Translations under genes and position numbers: made by a program
Source of the DNA: Nitrospirota bacterium
GTDB lineage: Bacteria > Nitrospirota > Thermodesulfovibrionia > Thermodesulfovibrionales > Dissulfurispiraceae
Assembly (NCBI GenBank): GCA_040754455.1
Contig: JBFMCP010000059.1
Location: forward strand, 1-11,862
Reading direction: 5' to 3'
DNA length: 11,862 nucleotides
Shown: positions 1-7,400 of the stretch, one piece after another
How positions within the stretch are numbered: the first letter of the stretch is position 1
Layout of the letters: every line of letters starts with the position of its first letter
The notes under the pieces: generated by a model
Told to the model about the DNA's origin: nothing
The model's input: only the letters and a program-made list of their open reading frames with translations
The model's database searches: none

Positions 1-2
1 AA

Positions 3-195
3 GAGCCTCTAACGAAATGAAAGAGCCCGGAGTCGGGCAGGGTAGAGTATGAGAGCGGTTTAGACAGCCTACGCGTAACCAGGGATGGTGAAGCAGGCTG
101 TCTCCCTCGGAGGAATGCGTGGATGTATTCCTCCGAGAATGAGCGATCATACTCTGCCTTCTCTGACTCCCTCTTCCTCATTCCGCTAGACGCTC
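3..195 (+). mobile_element. MITE, copy 1 (193 bp, non-autonomous, IS5-family-like ends)
   Basis: Terminal inverted repeats GAGCCTCTAACGAAATGA (3-20) / TCATTCCGCTAGACGCTC (178-195) match at 15/18. Subterminal inverted repeats 29-52 / 147-170 match at 19/24. TAA follows at 196-198 and AA precedes at the window edge. A near-identical inverted copy lies at 10237-10395. No transposase ORF. Confidence 0.8.
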
Positions 196-230
196 TAAAT
201 ATTCGGTTGCACAAGCTGGAGGATACGACA

Positions 231-2918
231 GTGAACTGGTACCAACTCGACATAAAACATATCTTTCAGGAACTCGGAGGCCGTGAAGAGGGGCTCACCG
301 AGGGCGAGGTGCGGGAGCGGCTTGCCCGGTACGGGCCGAACAAGCTTGCTGAAGAGGAAAAGATCAGCAGGTTCAAAATACTGTTGCATCAGTTTACCAG
401 TCCGCTTATCTATATTCTTCTCATAGCCGGGGTCGTGACCATACTGCTGAGGGAGTACACTGATGCAGGCGTTATTTTCGCGGTGCTGGTCCTCAATGCC
501 ATCATCGGCTTCACCCAGGAATACAAGGCGGAAGAAAGCGTGAGGTCGCTGCGGAAGATGGTGGTGCCGAAGGCGCGGGTAATAAGAGACGGTAAAGAGA
601 GTGAAATCCACAGTGAGGAACTGGTGCCGGGCGATATCGTTCTCCTTGCATCAGGAGCAAAGGTCCCCGCTGACCTGCGCCTGTTCCGGGTCAATGAGCT
701 GAAGATCGAAGAGGCTATGCTTACCGGCGAATCTCTACCGTCTGAAAAGATAGCGGATGCCATCAGGGAAGACCGCCTGCCGCCCGGCGATCAGAGGAAT
801 ATGGCGTTCATGGGAACGGTGGTGGTCAACGGAAGGGCGCGGGGTATTGTGGTCGGCACAGGACAGTCCACGATGCTCGGCAGCATTGCGAGCGATGTAA
901 AAGAAATCGGAGTTACGAAAGCACCTATCCAGGAAAAAATAGACAGGTTCGCAAAGGCGATCGGGCTTATCGTCCTGGGAGCTTCGGCGCTGCTGTTCGT
1001 CGTGGGACTGCTCATCGGCGAGAGTATCAAGGATATGTTCATGACCGCAGTAGCAGCTGCGGTGGCGACGATTCCTGAAGGGCTTCCCATTGTCGTTACC
1101 ATAGCGATGGCGATCGGAGTGGCGCGCATGGCACGGCACAACGCAATCATCCGCAAGCTGCCTGCAGTTGAGACCCTCGGGAGCACCACCGTCATCTGCT
1201 CTGACAAGACAGGGACGCTCACCAAAAACGAGATGACGGTGAAGCTGATTTATGACGGGAAGTCGGTATTCGAGGTTGAAGGTGCCGGGTATGCCCCGAC
1301 AGGCGAGCTGATCCACGAGGGCATGCGTGTGCATATAGAGAAGGAGAAGCGCCTGAAGCAGGTGCTGCGCATAGGGCTCCTCTGCAACGAATCGGATGTT
1401 TATGAGGAGGATGGCCAATATAAGGCCGACGGTGATCCCACCGAGGCCGCTCTGATCGTTGCTGCCCTGAAAGCCGGTCTCAAGGCTGATGAGGAAAGAG
1501 AGCATTATCCCCAGGGGGCGATCATTCCCTTTGAATCAGACCGCGGCTATATGGCGACCCTGCATCGGCACAAAGGGAGGTCTTATGCCTTCGTCAAGGG
1601 CGCACCTGAAAAAATACTCGACATGTGCAGCTACGGTGTGGGCGGAGATGCGGTGAGGAAAAATGAGGTCCTCGATATCGCCGGCGATTTCGCGCGGAAC
1701 GGTTTGCGGGTGCTCGCCCTTGCGTTTAAAGAATTCGGTGCCGCGAAAGAGGACCTTGCCCGCCACGACATCGAGACAGGCTTGACGCTTGCGGGACTGC
1801 AGGGTATGATGGATCCCCCCCGCGAGGAAGTGATCGAGGCGATCCTTGGGTGCAAGCGGGCGGGGATCAGGGTCGTCATGATAACGGGCGACCATGCCGT
1901 CACCGCTCAGGCAATCGCACAAAAGCTCGGTATCAGTAGCGGCGGGGATGAGGTGCTTACCGGCAGGGAGCTTGAGGCGATGAGTGATGATGAGCTCTTT
2001 ATAAAGGTGAAAAGGGTTTCGGTCTACGCCCGCGTTGCCCCCCAGCACAAGTTGAGAATAACGCAACAATTAATAAAACGTGGCGAGATTGTTGCCATGA
2101 CCGGCGATGGAGTCAACGATGCGCCGGCGCTCAAGGCGGCGCATATCGGCATTGCCATGGGCAGGAGCGGCACCGATGTGGCGAAGGAGGCATCGGATAT
2201 GGTCCTCACCGATGATAACTTCGCCAGCATCTTCAATGCCGTCAAAGAAGGCAGGATCGTGTTCGACAACCTCCGTAAAGTGACGTTCTTTCTCATTCCC
2301 ACCGGCATCGCCGCGATCCTCTCGATCATCGGTACGATCCTCACAGGGATGCCGATACCCTATGTCCCGGCCCAGCTGCTCTGGATCAATCTCGTCACCA
2401 ACGGCCTGCAGGACGTGGCGCTCGCCTTCGAGCCGGGGGAGCGGGGCGTTATCGACAGACCTCCCCGGGATCCCAAAGAGGGGATCATGTCGCAGGTACT
2501 GGTGCAGAGGACGGTGCTGGTCGGGCTCATCATCTCTGCGGGAGTCGTCTATAACTTCGTATCGGCGCTGAATGCGGGTGACTCCCTTGAGAAGGCACGG
2601 ACGGTTGCAATGACCACAATGGTGTTCTTCCAGTTTTTCCAGGCCTGGAATTCCCGCTCCGAGTTCCAGTCGGTTTTTATTCTCAGCCCGTTCAGTAATC
2701 CCTTTCTCTTCTACAGCATGATCGCTGCGTTCTTCGCCCAGGTGACGGTGCTCTATGTACCCGCGTTGCAGTGGATATTCCAGACAGAACCGATTACGTC
2801 CGCTGAGTGGATGAGGATACTCGCAGTCGCAATAACGATTATCGCCGCGGTTGAGGCGGACAAGTGGATCAGGAGGAGAGGGAAAGGTACAAACCCTTCT
2901 GCCCGGGTGGTACTTTGA
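231..2918 (+). CDS. Cation-transporting P-type ATPase, type II (PacL/SERCA-like fold), 895 aa
   Basis: Motifs LTGES, IPEGL, DKTGTLT, KGAPE, MITGD and TGDGVNDAPAL. GTG at 231 is preferred over ATG 123: it has GGAGG at 218-222, homolog-like sequence (NWYQLD...GLTEGEV..RLARYGPN) starts there, and ATG 123 lies inside the MITE. Confidence 0.95.
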   Translation: MNWYQLDIKHIFQELGGREEGLTEGEVRERLARYGPNKLAEEEKISRFKILLHQFTSPLIYILLIAGVVTILLREYTDAGVIFAVLVLNAIIGFTQEYKAEESVRSLRKMVVPKARVIRDGKESEIHSEELVPGDIVLLASGAKVPADLRLFRVNELKIEEAMLTGESLPSEKIADAIREDRLPPGDQRNMAFMGTVVVNGRARGIVVGTGQSTMLGSIASDVKEIGVTKAPIQEKIDRFAKAIGLIVLGASALLFVVGLLIGESIKDMFMTAVAAAVATIPEGLPIVVTIAMAIGVARMARHNAIIRKLPAVETLGSTTVICSDKTGTLTKNEMTVKLIYDGKSVFEVEGAGYAPTGELIHEGMRVHIEKEKRLKQVLRIGLLCNESDVYEEDGQYKADGDPTEAALIVAALKAGLKADEEREHYPQGAIIPFESDRGYMATLHRHKGRSYAFVKGAPEKILDMCSYGVGGDAVRKNEVLDIAGDFARNGLRVLALAFKEFGAAKEDLARHDIETGLTLAGLQGMMDPPREEVIEAILGCKRAGIRVVMITGDHAVTAQAIAQKLGISSGGDEVLTGRELEAMSDDELFIKVKRVSVYARVAPQHKLRITQQLIKRGEIVAMTGDGVNDAPALKAAHIGIAMGRSGTDVAKEASDMVLTDDNFASIFNAVKEGRIVFDNLRKVTFFLIPTGIAAILSIIGTILTGMPIPYVPAQLLWINLVTNGLQDVALAFEPGERGVIDRPPRDPKEGIMSQVLVQRTVLVGLIISAGVVYNFVSALNAGDSLEKARTVAMTTMVFFQFFQAWNSRSEFQSVFILSPFSNPFLFYSMIAAFFAQVTVLYVPALQWIFQTEPITSAEWMRILAVAITIIAAVEADKWIRRRGKGTNPSARVVL

Positions 2919-2944
2919 TTCGGCCGATCTATGTAGGTTAAAAT
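2915..2944 (+). promoter_or_regulatory. Possible sigma70 promoter for the rhodanese gene
   Basis: TTGATT (2915-2920) - 18 nt - TAAAAT (2939-2944). Confidence 0.3.
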
Positions 2945-2990
2945 GAATCACCCCGGCGTCGAAGCACGTCATACAGGAGGGAGCGAGGTA

Positions 2991-3383
2991 ATGAGGGCAA
3001 AATTAATAGTACTAGCAGTTGCGGTATTTTCAGTGTTTTCCTTTGCCGCAGCCCAGGAGTTCAAGGATCTCAGGGCGGAAGAGGTGAAGAAGCTGATCGA
3101 TGCGAAGGCAAAGATGCTCCTGGTGGATGCGCGGACGAGGCAGGAGTATGTCGAGGGCCATATCCCCACAGCCGCTAATATCCCTCCCGAGAATATTTAC
3201 GGCATCGATAGACTGCTGCCCAAAGACAAGACGACGCTCCTTGTCTTTTATTGCCGCGGCATCGGCTGAACGCTCAGCACCAATGCAGCGTTCGCTGCAA
3301 AGGCCCACGGTTACAAGAATATCAAAACCTTTCACGGCGGCTTCCCCGAGTGGGTGTCAAAGGGGTATAGAGTAGCGAAATAA
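2991..3383 (+). CDS. Exported single-domain rhodanese/sulfurtransferase, probable selenoprotein (UGA at 3267-3269 = Sec93), 130 aa
   Basis: GAGG RBS before ATG 2991. Signal peptide MRAKLIVLAVAVFSVFSFAAA. Rhodanese motifs LVDAR..EY..GHIPTA and LLVFYCRGIG-[TGA]. The same frame continues TLSTNAAFAAKAHGYKNIKTFHGGFPEWVSKGYRVAK to TAA 3381-3383, which is the canonical rhodanese C-terminal signature (GY......GG..EW...GY). Confidence 0.88.
3284..3299 (+). promoter_or_regulatory. Candidate bacterial SECIS element
   Basis: Stem TGCAGC/GCTGCA with apical loop GTTC. The loop begins 20 nt after the in-frame TGA and starts with GU, as in the bacterial SECIS consensus. Confidence 0.65.
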
Positions 3384-3401
3384 TCTATAGAATACAGGGG
3401 G

Positions 3402-3522
3402 CAGAAGTCAACATCCAGAATTCAGGAGCCGGAAGTCAGAATAAAAAGACAGGTAGATTAAAAAACGGTAAAACCTTTTTATTCTTTTTCTCTGTGCCTT
3501 TATTCCGGCTTCTGGATTTTGG
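3402..3522. repeat. Degenerate heptamer tandem repeat forming an inverted repeat
   Basis: Units CAGAAGT CAACATC CAGAATT CAGGAGC CGGAAGT CAGAATA (3402-3443). 3415-3434 is complementary to 3503-3522 with 17 Watson-Crick and 3 G-U pairs on the + strand. Confidence 0.6.
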
Positions 3523-3851
3523 CCCTCAGGAATTGTGAAGAGCGGCTCTTCGATTGCTTCGCCTTTGCAGGCAGGACACCTGCCGGGCTTCTTCAATCGT
3601 TCCCGCTTCTTGAACGTAAAGCCGCATTTTTTGCACTGCGCGGGAACCACTGCCAGGGGGTGCTCGCTCCTGGCCATCGATTTCTGTATGTGCTCCAGGT
3701 GCTCGTACACCGATTTTTCGGGAATTCTGACCAGAGCGGAGATATCCTTTGCCGTAAGCGTTTGCCCTTTAAGGACGTCTATGATCTCCTGCCGGACGGT
3801 CTCATGCCGCTCGGAAGGGACGGGAGGCTGCTTCGCTCTCTTGTTCATCAT
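3408..3851 (-). CDS. HTH + Zn-ribbon putative transcriptional regulator (COG3357-like)
   Basis: TVRQEIIDVL..LTAKDISALVRIPEKSVYEHLEHIQKS (HTH), followed by CKKCGF and CPACK..IEEP. Start placed at ATG 3851 (or 3848) because the upstream ORF extension does not look coding. The last ~40 aa run through the repeat region. Confidence 0.85.
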   Translation of the reverse strand: MMNKRAKQPPVPSERHETVRQEIIDVLKGQTLTAKDISALVRIPEKSVYEHLEHIQKSMARSEHPLAVVPAQCKKCGFTFKKRERLKKPGRCPACKGEAIEEPLFTIPEGQNPEAGIKAQRKRIKRFYRFLIYLSFYSDFRLLNSGC

Positions 3852-3918
3852 GCACGTAGTATACCCTATAATCATCGCATATGGAGCTGGCGAGCAGGCC
3901 GTCTTTTCACGTAGATTG

Positions 3919-3946
3919 TTGCACCGGAATAACATATACTTAAAAT
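3919..3946 (+). promoter_or_regulatory. Possible sigma70 promoter for the AsmA-family gene
   Basis: TTGCAC (3919-3924) - 16 nt - TAAAAT (3941-3946), upstream of RBS GAGGAGG. Confidence 0.4.
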
Positions 3947-3985
3947 AATGATACAAAGGGACGAAAACACCGAGGAGGAGTACCT

Positions 3986-5701
3986 ATGAGGAAGCTGTTA
4001 TGGATAGGCGGCATACTGGCCGGCGTCGTGGTGGTTATTCTGTTGGGTCTTGCCCTCTTCGTGAAGAGCTATCTCCAGAGCGAACGTCTTAAAGCGCTTA
4101 TTATTCCGCGCATCGAAGCATACACCGGGCGGAAGGTGACCATCAGCGATATACAGGTGTCACTCTTCAAAGGAATCGTTATCAAGGGCATCAGCATCAA
4201 GCAGCAGGATGGTGTCAAGGACTTCATCAGAACCGAAGCATTCATTCTCGATTACAGCCTGCTGCCTCTGTTAAAACGGCAGTTGGTGATCAATAACATA
4301 GAACTGGATACTCCCTCTATAGTGTTACGGAGAGAGAAAGACGGCAGGTACAACTTCAGCGACCTCACGGCACGGGTGGCGCAGAAGAAAGAGAAAGAAG
4401 TAGAGCGGGAGCAGCAGGAGCAGGAGCTGCCGGTATCGATCTTCACCAACAAGATCATCATCCGGAATGCCACGGCTGAGTTTACCGATGCCCTCAACAA
4501 ACTTCCCCATATTGTCGCCCTCGTCCCGAAAACAGAGCTCACCGCCTCACTCGGCAGGGAGACAAAGGGACTGGTCCTGTCCGGCACGGCCGACCTCAAG
4601 AGCGTGACCGCTACGATGGGCAGTCTGCAGACGGTAACTTCCGGCAGGATAGAGATCGAGGAGCGAGCGATCATCGTTGCGCTTACCACCGTGCTCGGTA
4701 AAGATACTATCCGGACATCGGGAACAATAAAAGAGTACCGCACCGCACCCGATCTGCAGCTTAACTTCTCTGCCAAAGAGCTCGACCTCGAGCGGCTTAT
4801 GGCGTTGACTGCAGGAGCAAAGCCAGCTCCTCTTCCTGCACAGGCAAGCAGTGATGCTGCAGAGGAGCGGCTACATCGAGGGTTCGTTGTTCTGGTAAAG
4901 GATGCGCACCAGAGTGAGAAAAAGATGATCAAGGCGGCAGGTGAATTAAAAGTCGACACAGCGCATTATAAAGGATATATCCTGAAAGATGTGATCGCCG
5001 GCTATCGCTACCGCAACGATGTGATGATCATAGACCCGGTACGCATGCGCATTACCGGCGGGACACAGGTGAGCGCAGACGGAACGATGCAGGGGAATCT
5101 TGTCTTTACCCTCGCACCGGGCGGCGGTGATGCTGCAGCGGCAATCAAGAAAACGCTCTCGGGGGTCGGGGATATTGCCCTGAACAGAGTTGCCGTCAAG
5201 CAGACACCCCTCACCGATGCCGTAGCGCGGTTCACCGGGGTCCCGGAACTCAGGAGTCCCCGCTTTGATCGCGGGACATTCAATTTCAAGATCAGGGACC
5301 GGAAAGTAGTCCTCGAAGGCATGCTGGATTCCAGCCACCTTAAAGTTGTCCCCTCGGGAACAGTAGGCTTTAACAAGAGCATCGATATGCTTGCAGACCT
5401 GAGGCTCTCGCCGGGTCTGACTGCCAAGCTCGAGCGGGATGCGAAGGTCACCGGCTATCTCAAGGACCGGGAGGGATGGACCACGATCCCTCTGAGGATA
5501 AGCGGTACGACCGAAAAGCCCTCTGTCAGCCTGAATCCCGCAACAGTACAGAAGCAGCTGCGCAAGGGAATACAGAGCGAACTGGAACGGAGGCTCATGA
5601 GAGAGCTTGCGCCGAAGGATAAGAAGGATAAGGAGAAGGCGCAACCGCCGTCGAAGGGGCCGAGGCCGGAGGAACTATTGAGGGAGCTGTTCGGAAAATA
5701 A
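3986..5701 (+). CDS. AsmA family protein, 571 aa
   Basis: Strong RBS GAGGAGGAG. N-terminal TM anchor, TGRKVTI and LLPLL..QLVI..IEL..P.I.L.R.KDGRYNFSDL motifs. C-terminal IPLRISGT.EKP and helical tail ending in LFGK. Confidence 0.88.
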   Translation: MRKLLWIGGILAGVVVVILLGLALFVKSYLQSERLKALIIPRIEAYTGRKVTISDIQVSLFKGIVIKGISIKQQDGVKDFIRTEAFILDYSLLPLLKRQLVINNIELDTPSIVLRREKDGRYNFSDLTARVAQKKEKEVEREQQEQELPVSIFTNKIIIRNATAEFTDALNKLPHIVALVPKTELTASLGRETKGLVLSGTADLKSVTATMGSLQTVTSGRIEIEERAIIVALTTVLGKDTIRTSGTIKEYRTAPDLQLNFSAKELDLERLMALTAGAKPAPLPAQASSDAAEERLHRGFVVLVKDAHQSEKKMIKAAGELKVDTAHYKGYILKDVIAGYRYRNDVMIIDPVRMRITGGTQVSADGTMQGNLVFTLAPGGGDAAAAIKKTLSGVGDIALNRVAVKQTPLTDAVARFTGVPELRSPRFDRGTFNFKIRDRKVVLEGMLDSSHLKVVPSGTVGFNKSIDMLADLRLSPGLTAKLERDAKVTGYLKDREGWTTIPLRISGTTEKPSVSLNPATVQKQLRKGIQSELERRLMRELAPKDKKDKEKAQPPSKGPRPEELLRELFGK

Positions 5702-5724
5702 CAAAAGCGTCGAGCACGACGCTT
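5701..5724 (-). terminator. Intrinsic terminator between convergent genes
   Basis: Perfect 8-bp stem AAGCGTCG (5705-5712) / CGACGCTT (5717-5724) with a 4-nt loop and a U-rich tail on the minus strand. Confidence 0.6.
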
Positions 5725-5738
5725 ACCTTGCGCAGACC

Positions 5739-7349
5739 CTATTTCTTCCGCGCGCAAACTCTATTTCTTCCGCTTCGTTTTGCATCATAGAGCGCGTCAT
5801 CGGCCCGCTTGCTGAGGGTATCGATGTTATCGCCCTCAGTATATTCAGCAACACCGAAGCTGCAGGTTACTCGCCCGACGGTGGTAAAGCGAAAGCGCTC
5901 GATCTCGGTCCGTACTTTCTCGGACAGTTTCTTTGCACCTTCGATACCTGTTTCCGTCGCCAGTATCACAAACTCCTCACCGCCCCAGCGGGCGAAGATG
6001 TCGGTACCTCTAAGGTTTTCTTTGACGATCATCGCCAGCTCCACCAGCACCGTATCCCCTGCCAGGTGTCCGTAGGCGTCGTTGATCTCCTTGAAGTGAT
6101 CGATGTCGAAGATAATGAGCGAGAGACTGATCTTGTAACGCTCGACCCTCTGCAGTTCCAGCTTGAAGAGATCATTGAACTTCAGCCTGTTGTAGATCTG
6201 CGTGAGTGAGTCTGTTGCCGACAGGTGCTCGACATCCGCGATCGATGTTCTGACGGTCTCGAGGAGAGCGTTGAAGGCCTTGGAGATGGCTCCGATCTCG
6301 TCGTCGGCATGTACCGCAACGCTGCTGCTGAAGTCACGGGTCTGAACGATAGCGGTCATGCGCTCCTGGAGGTGCTCCAGTCTGCCGATAATGGTCCTGC
6401 AAAAGAAGATGCTTAGTGCAGCGAGGACGGCCAGCGCAACTATCATAAGGCCGATAGTGATATTGATATGTTGTATCGCCTTGTCCAAATCCCGTGCCGT
6501 ATCCTGCTTTATCTTTCCGATGCTGTAATCTTCCACTTTTTTGAGGAGATCGATAGAGGCGGTCGCCGCATCAAACCACTGGACTGGATCAACGCCTGTC
6601 ATTCTTTCCTCGGATCGTTCCAGTGCAGCAACGATCATATCTGTGGTCGACTGGACGGCCGGTCCACGAAAGGTCTGATGGTAGTAATTTCTGATGTCGT
6701 CTGCTGTCTCCTGCACGAAATTTCTCGTGTTCCTTTCGTAGGCCCTTCGCAGCGTTATGAGCCGCTCCAGCCGGGAGGTGTCGAAAGCGCCGGCGGCAAA
6801 CACCGCACTCAGGGTTGCGCGGATCTGGCCGAGGTATTCTTTCGCAGTCAAAAGATGTGCATGGGCAAAGAGAATGTCTTTTATCTCATGGAGTCGTGCT
6901 GCTTTTGCGATGCCGGTGATTTCGTCAAGGAGCTCTGCGATCGTGTGCGTGTAGAAGTCCTCGGCCTCGAAGGTGGTGCTGTCGAAGGAATCTATCTGGT
7001 TCCGTGTCGCGGCGAGGTTGCTGAAGAGCGAAAGTATCTGCAGGTCGCTCTTTGAGTGTTTCAGGAACGTGCCCAGCTCCTCGATGCGCTTGTCTGTTTC
7101 GCGTCTCTGCGTGCGCAGCCGGTCGCCGGTCTCCCCGCTTCTGCTCGCAAGGTAAAGGGTGCTCAGTCCCCGTTCTTTCTGAAGCTCATGGATGACATTC
7201 GAGATCTTCTCGGCCTGAAGGACCTTTGCATAAACATCCTTCAGGTTGCTTCTGGACGTCAGTCCTTCTCTGATCTCCTGCTGTATAAAAAAGAACAGCA
7301 GGAGGACCGGCGGTAAGCTGAGCAAAGTTATCTTGGCCCTGATCGTCAT
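5739..7349 (-). CDS. Membrane diguanylate cyclase: NIT (nitrate/nitrite-sensing) domain - TM - HAMP - GGDEF, 536 aa
   Basis: TM1 and NIT signatures HELQKERGLS and KEYLGQIRA. TM2, HAMP (DEIGAISKAFN), TDSLT, DIDHFKEINDAYGH, I-site RGTD and active site RWGGEEF. Confidence 0.92.
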   Translation of the reverse strand: MTIRAKITLLSLPPVLLLFFFIQQEIREGLTSRSNLKDVYAKVLQAEKISNVIHELQKERGLSTLYLASRSGETGDRLRTQRRETDKRIEELGTFLKHSKSDLQILSLFSNLAATRNQIDSFDSTTFEAEDFYTHTIAELLDEITGIAKAARLHEIKDILFAHAHLLTAKEYLGQIRATLSAVFAAGAFDTSRLERLITLRRAYERNTRNFVQETADDIRNYYHQTFRGPAVQSTTDMIVAALERSEERMTGVDPVQWFDAATASIDLLKKVEDYSIGKIKQDTARDLDKAIQHINITIGLMIVALAVLAALSIFFCRTIIGRLEHLQERMTAIVQTRDFSSSVAVHADDEIGAISKAFNALLETVRTSIADVEHLSATDSLTQIYNRLKFNDLFKLELQRVERYKISLSLIIFDIDHFKEINDAYGHLAGDTVLVELAMIVKENLRGTDIFARWGGEEFVILATETGIEGAKKLSEKVRTEIERFRFTTVGRVTCSFGVAEYTEGDNIDTLSKRADDALYDAKRSGRNRVCARKK

Positions 7350-7400
7350 CGATGCCTTTCGTGCTCTTCCTTTTACGGAGTAATACCATTAAAGGGCATC

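Noticed and set aside
3..195. Repeat as a tRNA, riboswitch or CRISPR unit
   Set aside because: No tRNA arms, no recognisable aptamer consensus and no repeat-spacer periodicity; TIRs plus a 3-bp duplication fit a MITE better.
123..230. N-terminal 36 aa of the 931-aa ATPase ORF as native protein
   Set aside because: Mostly MITE-derived; a better RBS and start exist at GTG 231.
195..2972. Multiple antisense and alternate-frame ORFs over the ATPase (and similar ones over the other large genes)
   Set aside because: Shadow ORFs expected from GC-rich codon bias; no recognisable motifs.
2943..3269. Rhodanese as a 108-aa protein or pseudogene
   Set aside because: An intact in-frame C-terminal half, the Cys-equivalent position of the TGA and a SECIS-like hairpin favour Sec read-through.
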